From: Raillietiella orientalis
Lineage: Eukaryota
Reading direction: 5' to 3'
DNA: 64,000 nucleotides
Assembly (NCBI GenBank): GCA_036172245.1
Contig: JAYWIR010000021.1
Span: forward strand, 868,001 to 932,000
Shown here: positions 37,750 to 51,330 of the stretch, piece after piece
Layout: every line of letters starts with the position of its first letter
Position numbering within the stretch: position 1 is the stretch's first letter
Notes under the pieces: model-generated
What the model saw: the letters and a program-made list of their open reading frames with translations, nothing else
Database searches by the model: none
Told to the model about the DNA's origin: nothing
Position numbers and translations under genes: made by a program

Positions 37750-39050
37750 ACTTCATGAAAAGTCAAGATTTTTCAGCAATCTCCTTTCCTTTCTTGTTGC
37801 CGGTTTCTCTGTCAGCAGGGAGGCTGTACCACAAGATGGGATGACCCTTCGTTTCCAAGGAGCTGATAAAAACTTCCGCCAAGCAAGATCGGCTCCAAAG
37901 TATCGCAGCAAAGTGCCACGGATGCTTTAGAGCAATGTATACTTTGATCTTAGCCAAAAGGCCGAGAAGCGATCCAATCCTTCCCAAACCGAAAGTTCGC
38001 TAGTAACAGGGCTCCAAATCCCAAAGTCATCTTCGAGGATGGCAGAAACTCTCACTCTGAGCCTCCTGAAAGCACAACACAAGCTGCTCGAAAATGCCTG
38101 CACACTCCAAGATCACTCATTCATCAACTACCAGAGCAGATTCCAGCCCAATCTCGTTATCTTCTTCATCTCTCTGTCCTTAACGGCAACGACATCGCCC
38201 CTCTGCATCCCCTCTCATCTCTCTGCACCTCGCATTCCTAGGTCTCCTTCGATGAAATCACTCCCCACTCAGGTCACAACTTGCATGAATTGATTTGTTA
38301 GCATCACTGTTTCATCCTCTGACTGTTTGCACCACAAATTTCTCGGTGGACATTACGGCGACGTCTATTCAAAGAATCTTCCTGATCTTACCTTTTCATA
38401 GTTGGGCAACCGGAGGGCAGCTTTCTGAATTCAATGGGTGTCCGGATCTTTGCTGAGACCAGAATGCACGCCTAGATCACACTCCCAGACGCATTCTGCA
38501 GATTCGCGTGCTCCACAACTGATTCTTGCGCAGCTGCTCTGGGGAACTTGTTGTGAAATTTTATGCTCCCACTTTTAGCGACAGTGCTGCTTCTTAGTGG
38601 AAAAAAAAATCAGATACCTTCCTGATCCTTTTCGTCTATTCTAGACCCTTCGTTTTCGAAAGCTTCGAGGCAAGTGTGTGACGTTTCACGGGACCTGGAT
38701 GTTTTTCAACTTGTGCAAATGAGCTACCAGTTCCTTGATTCCCCCAGTGCCTTCAGCTGTTCTGGTTGAACTTCTTAAAAGTGACATTGCGGTGCCCGAA
38801 AGCAAACGGGGAATCCATCGCTGATGTAAGCAAAAATCGGGGAAGTCTTCAAGCTGCCAAGAATCGACCCTGGGGAACTACTTTTCGAAACTGATGCCAC
38901 ATTCTGAAGGAGACTGCAATTTCCCAAACCATCGTTTCTTCTCGAGTTCTGACCAAGGTGTGCTTTGCTCGGCAGTTTCAGCAGCAGAAAGGATGGAAAA
39001 ACCACTTTCAAACAGAAAATGCACATTGCTCACCGGCTCGAGTTGGCCAA
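37750..39050 (-). mobile_element. Decayed RTE-like LINE reverse transcriptase
   Basis: Ordered degenerate motifs: KSSSPGS (KApG), ANLQNASGSV..RRAFW (DLxKAFDSVxRxxLW), EFVVQT (F.v..GvrQG), GDVVAV (ADD), DDFG (F.YLG), KIKVYIAL (K.kvY). Confidence 0.42.
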
Positions 39051-42000
39051 TTCAAGCGAATTCAGCGGCTACATAATTCACGATTAACAGGCAGTTTCCC
39101 ACAAACGCAGCTTCCCATCAAGAGACGATGTGTGCGGTCTGCTGCCGCATCCCTGCGTGTAGAATAAACCGCAGCGATTCATGTCAGTAGAAATTTCTTG
39201 TCTTGGGACACCGAGGAGAGATTTAAGAACTTGCACCGCTGGGGATTTTCCCACCTCTGAGACGAGTCGACCGCAGAGGAGGAAGCTGCAAACCGACGTT
39301 GTGTTTGAGTACTGCTGATGAAACGTGTCTTGGGCAGATCGCGACATAACTGCGATCGCGGACGCAGAGTGCTGGCCTTGGATTCACTGATGACTGCTCG
39401 GAGTATAGAAGGACCACTCTACCCTTTCAGGTCTGTCCCTTCGAAGCATCTTCAGATCCGGTGCGACTCTGGTTTTAGGAAGAAATCGTTCGAGAAACAT
39501 GGAAGAAAGCTGTGGGAGTTCCTGACAAACTGCTATGACCTGCTACCCTGGTCTTTGAAGGAATCACACGTTTGTAGGAACAATAGATAGCCGTAGTGTT
39601 AGGACCTACAACTCAAGCACTGCAAAGGCATGACTTCATTTCGCACATTCGTCGAGCAAGAGGCACGGGAACGTCCAGTTTCCACAGCTGTTCTCGGAGC
39701 ACCGAACACCAAGACGAACCGAGCTGCATTTCGCCGAAAACACACGGTGATGGGCGCCCGGGACCCTGCAGCCCATAAGGATGCTCAGCTTGAGGCCGGC
39801 CGCCGCCAACCTATGGTTTCTTAGGATACAAAACCAAGTGGAGCTGCTACGTTTGCACATCTAAAGGGAGGATGAGGCAGATGTACTCCTTCGAGGCACT
39901 TCATTTTTGAGACACCCGCATTCGCGGAAAAATTGGACTCGAAGACGCTCTGGTCTGCCATAGAAACCAATACCAGAGCCCTCTGTTTCTCCTTAGCGTT
40001 CAAGCGGCTTCTACACTGGGAGGCGCGGTCTCCGGAGGAAGGTCCTAGATGAAGTTCGGTGACGAATAACTCCTTGCGAACGGGGAAGGTCGTTAGGGAC
40101 GCGCGGAAGCTGCTGCGAGCAACCGGATTGCTTGCCAAATCCGTTTCGGCAGCGCAAATCTAGAAACACCAAGTCGTCCCGGACGGCTCGCGAGCGCATG
40201 CATCCGAGTGGGGGTTGCGGATCATCCTCCAATGCCGAAAATCGGAGGCAAACCGGAAGAGGAAACCGTTTTCCTTTCCGTGAGGGGAACTTTTCCCATT
40301 TTAAGAGACAGCACCTCAGGACGCGTTTCGGAGATATGCGGAGAAAGTCGCCCCGACCGCCTTACCCATCGCATTTCATTGCCACCTTCGTCAGCAGCGA
40401 GGAAGAATCCGTTGGGAGCACGCGGGGAAAAGCCCTCAAGCTTTTCCTTTCCCTCCTCCCGCTCCGGACCTCATCGCTTTCGCTTTCAAGAATCGATGGG
40501 CAGAACGAATCGGCTACTCCCTCTTCACGCCTCGTCCGAACACCATCTCCAGGGTCGGACTGCGCATGGCTGCAAAGGCCGGGATCCTCTCCAGACCGGA
40601 GAGAGAGAGAGAAAAAGAAAATCCAGAAAGTCTCGGCGGCGCGTCTCTTCACCTCCTCTGCTCCACTGGCTCCGTGCCCTGATCTCGGCGAGGACATTCT
40701 GAGCTGCTGCACAGAAAAGACCACTTGCTCCTCGGGAGTCGGGAAGAGTCCTGAGACCTCGAACATCTCCGCTACTGGTCCTCCTCACGAAAACCTGGCG
40801 ATCCTGGTTTGCATCTCTAGACTTTGGGTTTGAGGAAAAGTCATTCGTGCTGGATTTCCCTGAGGGAAACGACCCCTTCATTTTTGGAGCATCGCGATGA
40901 CGTCACTAGAAAAGGGAGCTGAAGCCCAGAGTAAGGAGCTCAAGAAACGTGGCCAGGAGCCTGCCGAATCAGCTGACGCAGGCTTTCTCTTCCCCCCTTT
41001 CACTGATCCCACGGCTACTGCAGGCTGCGGTCGGACGCGCCGGACCGAAAGAGACACGGCATCGCTTCACATCTGCCGAGTTGCCATGGTCACTCGTTTG
41101 CCAAGCAGAGTGTATCCGCGCTTCCTGAATTCGTCGATAATACGGGTCGTCGGCAAACTTGGCAGTGGACGAGGTGGCATCCTGTGGCCCCGGTTCAGCG
41201 ACCGAACGTGACTCCCAACTCTCACCTTTCCGATCGCTTTGGATCTACATCGAAACCACGATTGAATGGTCACTACGATAGAGGTCGTCTTGAAGCGCGT
41301 ATCTTCGACCTGACGACAGTGACCGTGTCGCCGCCTTGGGGAAACGTTTCCGAGCGCCGGAGGCGATGACAATGCTGGCGATGATTTGCAGTTGCCTGAA
41401 CGGTGCGCAAAGTCCCTGGAGTTGCGCAGCAGGGATCCCCGCTCTTGGAAGTCCATCGGGGGCGCTTTCCACCTCAGGATTTTTGTGGGGCAATTTCCTG
41501 AAGACGAGCAGTCTGCGCTCATGCGGTCGGGCGGCAGACGATTGAGGGGCTACTCCGGAAAAGGTCGGAACACCGCCGAAAAGGGCAGATGGGAGCCGAG
41601 CCGAGCGGGAGGAGGGGATTCCTCCCTTTCGTCTCGCTTCCCGTGCTCCACATTGCATTGGTCCGTCGATGTGGCCGGGATTGTCGCTTCTTGATTCCTT
41701 GATTCTAGCTCTTGGGGATTTCAGCGTCTCCTTGCTTCGCGGTCCTCGCTCGGAAGGTCTTTGGTTCGACTCCCGTCTCCGAAAATCTCCTTCCCGCAGT
41801 CTGATTGGCAGCTGACCCAGAGCAGTGCATGACCAGTATGACTCCGAGGCTGGAGGATTTCTGAAACGAACCTCGTGAGAATTTCGTTGCACAAAAAACG
41901 AATTTTTTTCGTTTTCCTTTTTTTTCTTGAAAAAACACACACACAAATCATTATTTACGATGTTTGGTGCCCTTTCGGTTTCTGCTCCTCATGATCAGTA

Positions 42001-44589
42001 GCTGTGGACCATGCCTCTCGCGCTCGCAAGCACTGAGAGGCCGCCTGGAAACTGGAAACGGCTCTTCCTGGGTATGGTTTCCAGTTTTTCTCGAGAACGC
42101 CAAGTGCAGAAAATCAGTCTTTGGGGCTAAAAGTAGGAATATTCCCTCTTTTCCGTTCTGGAGGGCGGCACACGGGTCGGATGACTTCCTGATCTTCAGA
42201 TAACGATAGCTTGATGTTCCAGAAGGAGAAGGGCGAAACGCGCTCGCGAGGGTTCCGGAAACCCAGACTTGGGAACAGAAGAATCGCGACTTCAAGACAC
42301 TGATCGCGATTAAGCGCCTTCCTCGTTTCTGCTTCTTGCCGAGTGCAACCACCATCCTCCGAACTTTGAAGCAACTGCGTCATCGCTGGGAGACTGATTT
42401 CTGACAGGAGACTTCCCTCGATGTCCACAATGCTGCGGTGATGTACAAATGCCGTCCAGGAGGAACGGGAAAATGCTCCCTGACTGATGCAGAGGGAAGC
42501 CCCCTGTTCCATCCGCCCATTGCACCTCGTTTAGGCACCGAGCCTACCTCCTGAACGGCGACCGTGAACCGGGTCACTCGAGTTGCAGCTGCTCATCGGT
42601 GTGGCTCAGTCCTCGGAAGCTTTTTCCGACGAGCTTACAGTTGTCCGGCACCTTTCATCAGCCACCCATGATGAATTCCTTTCCAGGCAGAGTCTACAGC
42701 AGAAAAAGAGACGCTGCTTCTGCTGCGAAACGGTACAACCACCACTGACGATGTTTCTTCGTATTCTCCCCGACGTATCCCGGCAAAGACTAAAGCCAGA
42801 AAGGTAAAGGTTTGCTGCCTACTGAAAGGCTTCTAGTATTCCTTGTTCTGCCCCAACGAAATCTTGGTAGTCCTCAACGACAGTCTCATTTTTCACTCGG
42901 GAAGAAGCTTCCTTGTGCATTCCGCTTACCACTTTATTCATCGGCTTGCTTTCCTGCTTTCCCTCTTGCGTGAATCCTGTTCCCAGGAGATGGATCGATC
43001 GAGTTTGAATCTGTCGTGCCCTAAACGTACCTGCCATTGTTTTTTGCTCCTGCCACGAAAAGTAGTAGTTTTTTTTTTTCCATCCAAGGAGGATTTTCAC
43101 AAGTGAATAGTCGTGATTTCCATTTCGATGGATGCGAAAGGCAGCCGCTAGCGAGATCCGCGCTCTCGTGGTTGCGTAATTTAACACGTTCACAGCACTT
43201 CAAGGTACTTGCTAGGTGCTGCTGGAATGTGGGTCGTACCTGCGACGACACGCTGCAGCTACTCGATTCTGGGATGGGTCGAAAGGATGGCGTGCGTCCT
43301 TTTCCGAAGCGAGGCGATTTCCAACTACCGCGTCGACAAGGAAGGCGAGATCACCGTAGATTCATCATGTCTCAAGCGTGGCGGCGAGCATCGCCACACA
43401 CCATCGGCTGCTCCACTGCAAACGAGCGGGTTCGAACAAAAAGAGGTCTTGACTCTCAGCGAGATGGATTACCAGTTGCGTTGGAAAATTAAGGAAGACA
43501 GCAGTATGTCGTCCCCACGGGCTTTCCCAACGAAAACTCCGAGAGTAGAATGATGGATCTGATAGCAGTGGCTCTCAATGTATCCCAGGAATGTGTGTTG
43601 TTGGTCTCCGAAATTCCGAACGAGTACGAGCGAGGTCGTAGGGTAGGGGGATACTGGACTGGGTGAGGTAGGCGCAATGCGTGCGAAACTCAAAGAAAAG
43701 CTGGAAAATTCCCTGGAACATTTAGGCGGAAAAGCGCTTCATTTTCAGAGAGTCTAGAGACAATCGGGTTCAGCAATTAGCCAGTCAACTGATCAGGTGG
43801 ACGGAGGACTGCAGCAAGTAATATTTTCTTGGAGTGGCAGATTTACAATCCGAAGGCTCCCAAAAGTCTTTATGCCTTTCCTTTCTTTTTTCCCCCTTTT
43901 CCCACTTTGAATGATGAAGCGTGTCTGGCCGCGGGTAAAGACACGTGTCCTCGCGATCCTTTTCTGGTAGGTCTAGCTGGGTGCACGCTAGCCCTCGCCG
44001 AAGATCCAGGTTTCCTGTTTGTAGGGGTGTGAAGTGTTTTCACTTCCCAACATCTCACATCGTCATCACCGTGAGTGTGGGGCACTCCTGCTGAAGAGCT
44101 TGTGAAGGCAGCGTCATTCCGTGTTTCAGTGCATGGATTTCCAGGGAGAGTGAAAATTCCCGAACCGCAGGATGCGACCAGTTATTTGATTTCCGATGGT
44201 GGGATCTGACTTGGCGCGAGCTGCAGGAGCTGTTGGTTGAGCCGCGCTCCGCGTGCGTGTTAAACCATGCGCACGCGGTTCAGCTACCCGCGGAAAGCGG
44301 CGAAAGACTTGAGCGGGGCTGCGCTTTGGTCCCCCCTGGACCTCAGCCACCCAGTCTGAAAAAAAAACGGGATCAGCCTCAGCAAGGTGGCGGCCGCGGC
44401 GGAGGCCACACGCGCGCACGCGGTCCGAGCGTGGAAGGCTGAGCTCATTGTCAGGGTGAGAGCAGCGCGCGCAGTCGCCAGGCTGCTCACGGAGCGCGCG
44501 CAGGAATGTGCGCACGGTGGGAATCAGGAAGGAATCAGACCGGACGAGAGGGAAGAGTGGGCTCCCGTGCAGAAGTGCGGCCATCTTGG

Positions 44590-46300
44590 ACGTTCAGGCG
44601 ATCCGCATCGTTTCACGGGGGCGGGTCAGGGAGGAACCTTCTCTGGCAGTAGCGAGCTGGTCCCAGACGGTCTCGAGTCTGTCAAGGGCGGGAGAGGGTC
44701 CGAGGGGGACGACTTTTCCTAACGAGGGGAGGGGGGGGGGGGTTTCTATGCTTATCCAAGACGGTTTTGAGGCGGTGGAGGTATCCCCCGTTCGTGAGTT
44801 TGCTGCGGGAAAGAGGGGAGCATTAGGAAGATGCTGGAGGGAGTAAGGCTCCCTGTCAACCAGTAGATCGGAGGAATCACATGGGACTGCACCCGGCAGG
44901 ATTTCGGGAGAGTCTCGGGCGAGGTGGGTTTTCCATCGAGCACGCGTTTTCCCTGCTCGCGTCGGTCCTGCGTCCCGCACCATCCCGCGGGAACGCTCCC
45001 TACTTCGGGGATCCGTCGGGAAAACTTGCCGGAATGCTGAAAAATCGATGTCACGCCGGGGAGGAAGCGCCTCCCGCGAGCTGACGGGCTGGGGGAAGTG
45101 GAGCCGCGCGCGTGAGGTGGGGCAAAGGAAAAAGCGAAAGGGAGAGAGTGGAAAGGCAAAGGGCCAGGAATCGATGCGCGCCTTACGGCGGCTCCCGGGC
45201 TTTTTCTTTCGGCTATCGAGGCCAAAAGGTTGATGTCCCCACGCACGTCCTGTCGCATGTCAGTCAGACCTTAGGTTCTTGGGGTTGCCCTTCTCGCAGT
45301 CCCGAGGAGCCATCGGCATCCAGAGCCGGCATCGCTCGTGCCCGCTGGGAGAGTTCCGCTCCAGCAGGTCACCCGTGAAGGTGAGGGTGAGGGAATTTCG
45401 CTGCCCTTGGCGACGGGAACTCCAAGGACATATCACCCCGCGCGAATCCTGCAGCCCTGGAGCCCCTGGCCCTGCAGAATCTTGTCCTCATCTTCCTGTA
45501 TAGAGGCGCCGGCCGACAGGGCGACTTCTCCGGTTCGTCTGCCCCGGTGTGACTTGAGCTCCAAATCCCCTCTGGGGAAGCGCACGCATCGACCTCTGTA
45601 GGCTGCTCTCCTGCCAGGCGAAAGCGGCAGCATCGGGGTGCGTGAGCGAGGTGCCCCTCTTCTCTTCCCGCTCCTCCTCCGGAGCAGCTTCCCTTCCCTA
45701 TCGCTGGGGACGCAAGACCCGGAAGCGCGGGCGTCGTGTGGGGAGGCATCCGGCACGGGACCCCTTCCGGGGAAGGGGGTTCTTTTGGCCGCACCTTAAG
45801 TGCGCCGGCTGGCGGATGCCACGTGGAGAGGAGTAGGCTGCGGTACGACTCGTCCGGGATTTTTTCCTACAGGGAGAGACTGGGGGAGAGCGACCGCAGG
45901 AGCTGGCAGCTGAGAGGTGGAGGTTCTCCCTATCCCCCTTTTTTTGCCATTTCTTTCTCGTTTTTTCGTGTTCCCCCTCCCTCCTCTCTCCCCCTCCCCG
46001 CTCCTTCAAGTCGGCATCGCTCGAGCGGGAACTGCGCAGCCCACCAAGGTGCGCCTGCTCCCCGTTCCTCAGTGGCTGCAGGACCTCGGGGGATGAGGAG
46101 GGAACTGCGAGCGCCGCGTCCCCCTTCCCATTCCCCTTCCAGTGGGTAGAAGAGGCGAGCGGGGGGGGATTGGAGCTACCCCCGGGAACGGCCGTAACGG
46201 GTCCATGGACGAGCGGGAGACTGGATGCTAGAGACTGACCAGGCAGACGGTCATCCCGCCAATTCCTCACCCCTTTTTTCTCCCACCCCCCTCCCGGCAT
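44590..46300 (-). mobile_element. Decayed I/Jockey-like LINE reverse transcriptase
   Basis: PGQSLASSLPLVHGPV (KPGK...YRPI), AAYSS/TWHP (AFDxVWH), RGAPRSRTPMLPLSP (GVPQGSxLSP), GADE (YADD), WLLG, DINLLASIA (lnlLr.la). Confidence 0.33.
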
Positions 46301-49300
46301 TGAGGGTCGGGATTGTCATCTCTGTCATCTCCGAGTGCCGCGACGGAGGGAAAGGCACTACCACGGGGCCAGTCGGGATGGGAGGGGCATCGCCGTCGCA
46401 GGCGGTCCCCTCGGCTCCTGCTACGAGTCAAACCCGGGTCAAATCCCTGCTGCTTTCGCGAGGTGTCCCCTCCTTGGTGGCCCTGAACCCAGGGTCTCCC
46501 ACCCCTGTCTGACGGCATACACCTCCCTCGCCTGTCCTTCCCAGAGCACCCGGGAACAGGAGGGGTTTTGCGCAGGCGTATGACCTCCCTCTCTCCTCTG
46601 GCTCACTCGTGGGATACGGAATTATGGACACTGTGCTGCTGGCCCAGCCGGTTGGGCGGCATCTGGCAGTCAAGAGCGGCACGTTCGGAGGAGTAGGGAG
46701 GGAGTGAAGGACTTGCCCCAAAGGCTGCCCTCTGCCACTCCTGGCCAACAAGGACGCGTCCTCCAGTGGCGGCAGAAGTCAGTCCCAGGATACCTCTGCC
46801 TCCCGGAGGGAGACTACCCTGACCCTCTTCTTCCCTTTACACGGGGACGATCCTTCCCTGCCCAAGAACTGATCCTCTCCCGCTTGCAGAGGAGGACTGC
46901 TGCGCGCAGGATCCTCTTGGCCTTGGAGGAGGTCACGCCGCCGCTGCAGAGTCTCTCCGCACAAAGACAGAGAGGGAAGGGGATAGGAGGGCCGCATTGG
47001 GCTCCTAAGGGATAAACCTGACAATAGCAAACAGGGAGAACCACGTCAATGAGAGAGAACCTCGCTGCTGCGAGTGACCTCGTTTCGAGGCCGAAGGGTC
47101 ACCCCTTGGAGCACTCGTAGCAGTGAAGGGCCTGCAACCAGCGCGGCGGAGAAAGGGACGAGCGGAGGAGGGACCGAGGGGACGCACAAAAAAAGGAAGG
47201 GGGAGGGAAAAAAAAAAAAAAAAATCGTCCGCCTGCAGCCGTCAAACAGCTCTCAAGCGGTGCAAACGATGGGAAGCGCCGGCCGGCCTCGTTCCCTCCT
47301 CCTCCCTGAGGGCGGGGGAAGGTCGGCAGGAGGATGTCTCAGACGGCGGAGGGCAGGGGGGGGGGGGGGTGCTTCCACTCTTGTCCCGCTCGCGCGGGAG
47401 AGCGCGGCACGTGTCCCTGCGGCTGGCCGGGAAAAGATAAAGCAAAAAAAAAAAAAAAAAAGGAGGGAAGGAAAAGAGGGGGGATGTCGCACGAGCGAGA
47501 AGCGGAGATCTCCGAACGAGCGCTCGCCTCCCGACGGAAAGGAGGGAGGAAGGACGGGAGAGAGAGGCGCGCGTCTCCCGCTGCGGCGCTTCCATCGCGA
47601 CTGTCGGGTCGGCAGTTGCGTGCCGCCGCCGCTGCCGACCTGCGTTGCCCCGCTCGTGCCGGCTCGCGCGAACCTTCCCGTTTGTGCTGCGCGTGCGCGG
47701 GTTCCCCCCCTTGTTTGTTTGTTTGTTTGCTTGCTTCCCGTTGTTGTGCTTTTGTTTCTCCTCCTCCTCCTCCTCTTCCTCCCCTTCCTTCTCTCCCTTT
47801 TTTTTTCCCCCCCGCCCGGGGGGGGCCTTCCCCCCTATCGGCCCCCCCTCCTGCTCCCCCACCTCCCCCTGCCTATGGGACGCGCCGCGCTACGTGGGTG
47901 CCACGGGAGGAAGAGCGTGTGGAGGAGGTAACGTCCCTCGTCGCGGAGCGGCGCTGACGGAAGCGCGCCTTGGAATCGGGGACAGGTAAGCGGCGGGGTT
48001 TTCTGAAGCCGCGGGAGGGGCGATCGAATGTTGCGAGGCAGGGGAGGGAAAGGGCAGGGGAGAGGAATGCAAGTGAACGACGGTGTGTGAAATGAGGATG
48101 TAGTTTTATGTTGAGATAGAATTGGATGGTAAATTTGTTCGAGAAGGACGAAATCACCGGTCGCTCTGCTGCGGAAGAAGGTGGCAGACGAGCGGCCAGC
48201 CGCCGCCTCGACCGCGCGACTCTGCCGCCACGCCTGCGCGCGAGGTCCGAAATGGGATCGTGCGCGCGCGCGCTCCTACTCCCGGCTTCCCACCTTGCTT
48301 GCGTGCTACCTCTCCTCCCAGGGCACTCGGGAGCGGGACCTCAAATCCTTCGCCCCGTCCCTTGCCCTCGTCCCTCGCGACCAACACCACCCCTTTCCCG
48401 CCCAGGTGGGAACAGCTCAAGGGGGGGGGGGGAAGTTGAGAAGGAGCGAGGACGCGCTCTGTGGGCACGCTCACGCAGTGCGTGGAGGCGAGCTGGGGTA
48501 TGGCAGCACCCTCCTCCGCCCCTCCGCAGAGCGAGCGCCCCTGGCGTCTTACGGGAGGGAGGTACGGGGGCGAGGGGGAAGAGGAGGAGGGAGAATAACC
48601 TCGGGTGAGTGAATGTGAGAACGACCGACGTGCGCGACTTCCCTCCTCCCTCGCGTTGGCGCACAGGCGATTGGATAGCTCATCCATTGGTGCCGACGCG
48701 TTCGGACGCCTCGCATCTGTCGGTCGGTGGCGCCGCTACCCTTTTCCCGCGGGAAGCAGAGCAAGCACTACCCAGTGGGGAGAGCAGCGGGCCAGGGATA
48801 AAGGCGGCGTCACGCACAGCGAGGGTTGGGAGAAGGACGAAAACTGCAGAGCCGCTGCCGCGCCTCCGGAGGCCGAGGAGGGTGCGCGTAACCATGGAGA
48901 CGCCGTCGTCCGTAACGAGTTCGTCGTTCCCAACTGGTGCGAGCCTCGTTTTCTCCCTGAAAAAAAAAAAAAAGGCGGAATAAGGCGAAGGGAAGGAACG
49001 AAGAAAAACTCTCAAAAATGAAACGAGAACAAAGAAGGGAAGAAAGTGCTGGGCGGACCAAATTCCTGTTCCGCCGGACTCCCGGGGGAAGTTCTCTTCG
49101 CCTCGCCCCCCCCCCCCCTGCCGTCCTTCAAGCAGCGGAATTGAAGATGCTGACCCCAGCGGTCGAGTGCCGCGCCTCTGGTGCTCGTTGGCGCGGTGGG
49201 CCGTTCCCTCCCCTCTTCCCGCTTCCCGTGATCGCGAGCGAGTTTCCGCTTCCGCACACTCCCGGTTCCTCCCAATCCCGATCATCTCGCGGCGGAAGAA

Positions 49301-50859
49301 CGAAAACTTGGCGTGCTGTCCGGGTTTCCCGTTACGCGAGGAGCGCCTCTCGCGTTCCCATCGATCTCGCGCGCGCGGCGAGGGGCGAGGCGGAGACGTG
49401 CCGGCATTTTGGGGGAGCGTGCATCCTCCCCCTCTCCCTTCCACTTTTCGGATGAGACTGCAGCTGCAAGGGGTCAGCCAGGGCAAGCAGCTCCCATCCT
49501 AGCGGCCACCGCATGGCCGGCGAACGATTCGAATCGTTTTCCACCACGTTGTCAAGTTCGGCGTGTCGTCAAAGCAGCCGCTTCCGGATGTAATGCTCTG
49601 CGAACCCCTACAGCTCGTTAACCGAGCCATTCTCAGAAAGAATGGGAGGAAGGGGGATCGGAGAGGAGGCACTCTGAGGGCGACTGCGCGCGTTCCCGGA
49701 GTAATGGTCTCCCGATGCGTAACGCCTGGGAAAGGGTTGCACGCTCACCCTCTACCAAGTATCCGTGCCGGCATTGCAGCCGGAAGAAAATCGGCTCCTA
49801 TTCTAGTAGAAGAGGTCCAAAAGACGCTGCAATTACGAGCAACAAAGGAGCGAGGTCGATTTTGCGGTCCTCAGGCCGCAGCGCCTGACTTCCTGGCGTG
49901 GGGGGCTGGTGGAACGACAGGCGGAACGCATCCCCTCCAGGAAAAAGACCCGGTTGATCTCCGAAGAGGTTCCGGGGAGTCAAGAACCCCAGCATCCGAG
50001 TTCTGTCCTGCAAGTTTCCCCGTGGCGGGCAGATGGATGAGGAGGGACAAACCCGCACGCCCCTCAGCGGTCTATGCTCCCCTGGAAAACGGCTCGAGGA
50101 TGGAAGTTTTTTTTTTTTTTTTTTTTTTTTAATGCATCGACCCCTCTCCAAACGAGGGAAGCCGTGATTTCCCGAGCTCTGCAAAACTGCGGAGCTTTCC
50201 TCTCTCCAACTGGGGCATCCTTTCAGGCTCGGAGCGTTTCTTTATCCATCAAAGGCAGCAAGCCTACTCGCGTGCTGTCGAGTCCTGCGTGTGCGTGCGA
50301 AGCGGAGTGAGGCCGTCTCTGCATGCAAACGTTGTCACCACCACCATCAGCATCGGATTTCACGCATCCAAAGTACGCTGCTGATGGCTGCTTGGTAACG
50401 TTTAGCTTCCGCTCAGCTTTCGAAGCGAACCGTTTTGAAGCCTCCGCGTCGCCGATGGTGCGTTCGTAATGAGGGGACGTCCGTGGTCTCCCGGTTTATC
50501 TGCGGCAGTACGACATCAGCAACCAGGTTTCACTTGAGCTGCTAATAAACTCGCGCGAACCTCAACGCCCTTGCGTCGTGCCCACATAGTTTTTGGGGGA
50601 GCGGTAGGCTGCGGAAACTCACACGTTTGTTTTTCTTCTCTTTTGCCGGCCTCTTTGCGTGCCGTCGATGGGCAAGAAGAACATCCGAGTGGAGATCGCG
50701 CGCTTAGCTTGCGGATAAGGGAAAAAGCACGTTCCCTCTTACCTCCCTTCCCGGACAGGCGGGCGGTCGACCCCTGCGGTCATCGGGTCCCCAGGATTTC
50801 TCGGTTCCCGTGATCGGGAGGCTTTCGGTCTCCCATGGCGACTCCCGCGCCGAACGCGC

Positions 50860-51330
50860 ACCATTGTTGACGAGCGTGCAGGGACGCTCGGTCTATTAAT
50901 AGATCGTGGACCTTCCGTCCGCCATTGTTGGCGGCGCTCTGCGCGGGCAGACGAAACTGCGAGAAACGGATGCTCTCCCCAGGGATTCTTCCCTCTCTCC
51001 CCCTCCCCCCCTCATCACAGGGTCCAGTTTTCTCCGGTGCTCGGAAAATATGTGATGGTGATATTGCGCACGTTATATGATTCTCACCACTCCAGGTTTG
51101 AGGAAGCAGAATTAAACGCTTAATCGGTGTCTGCTCTTACAGCGTGCCGCCGCTACAATTATCTTTCAGTTTTAAAAGTGAGCAAAGTATTTCTTATCGT
51201 TATTGGTGATCCGCGTTGAGGCGTTTGTGAAGAAGCCCTAATTGCTCGCACTCGGCTACATCGGAGATTCGGAACACATACGGAGAACTCCGTCGATTGC
51301 CTGCAGCGCATTTCTGCGATTATTATCACC
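50860..51330. promoter_or_regulatory. Candidate enhancer upstream of frazzled-like gene
   Basis: MEF2-consensus palindrome CTATTAATAG (50893-50902) lies between two CCATTGTTG Sox-like sites (50861, 50922), followed by a lower-GC, ORF-free block with several TAAT/ATTA cores. Confidence 0.3.

Noticed and set aside
41700..41785. tRNA or tRNA-derived SINE (TAGCTCTTGG...GGTTCGACTCCC)
   Set aside because: A B-box-like string is present, but the acceptor, anticodon and T stems do not pair, and there is no second copy in the window.
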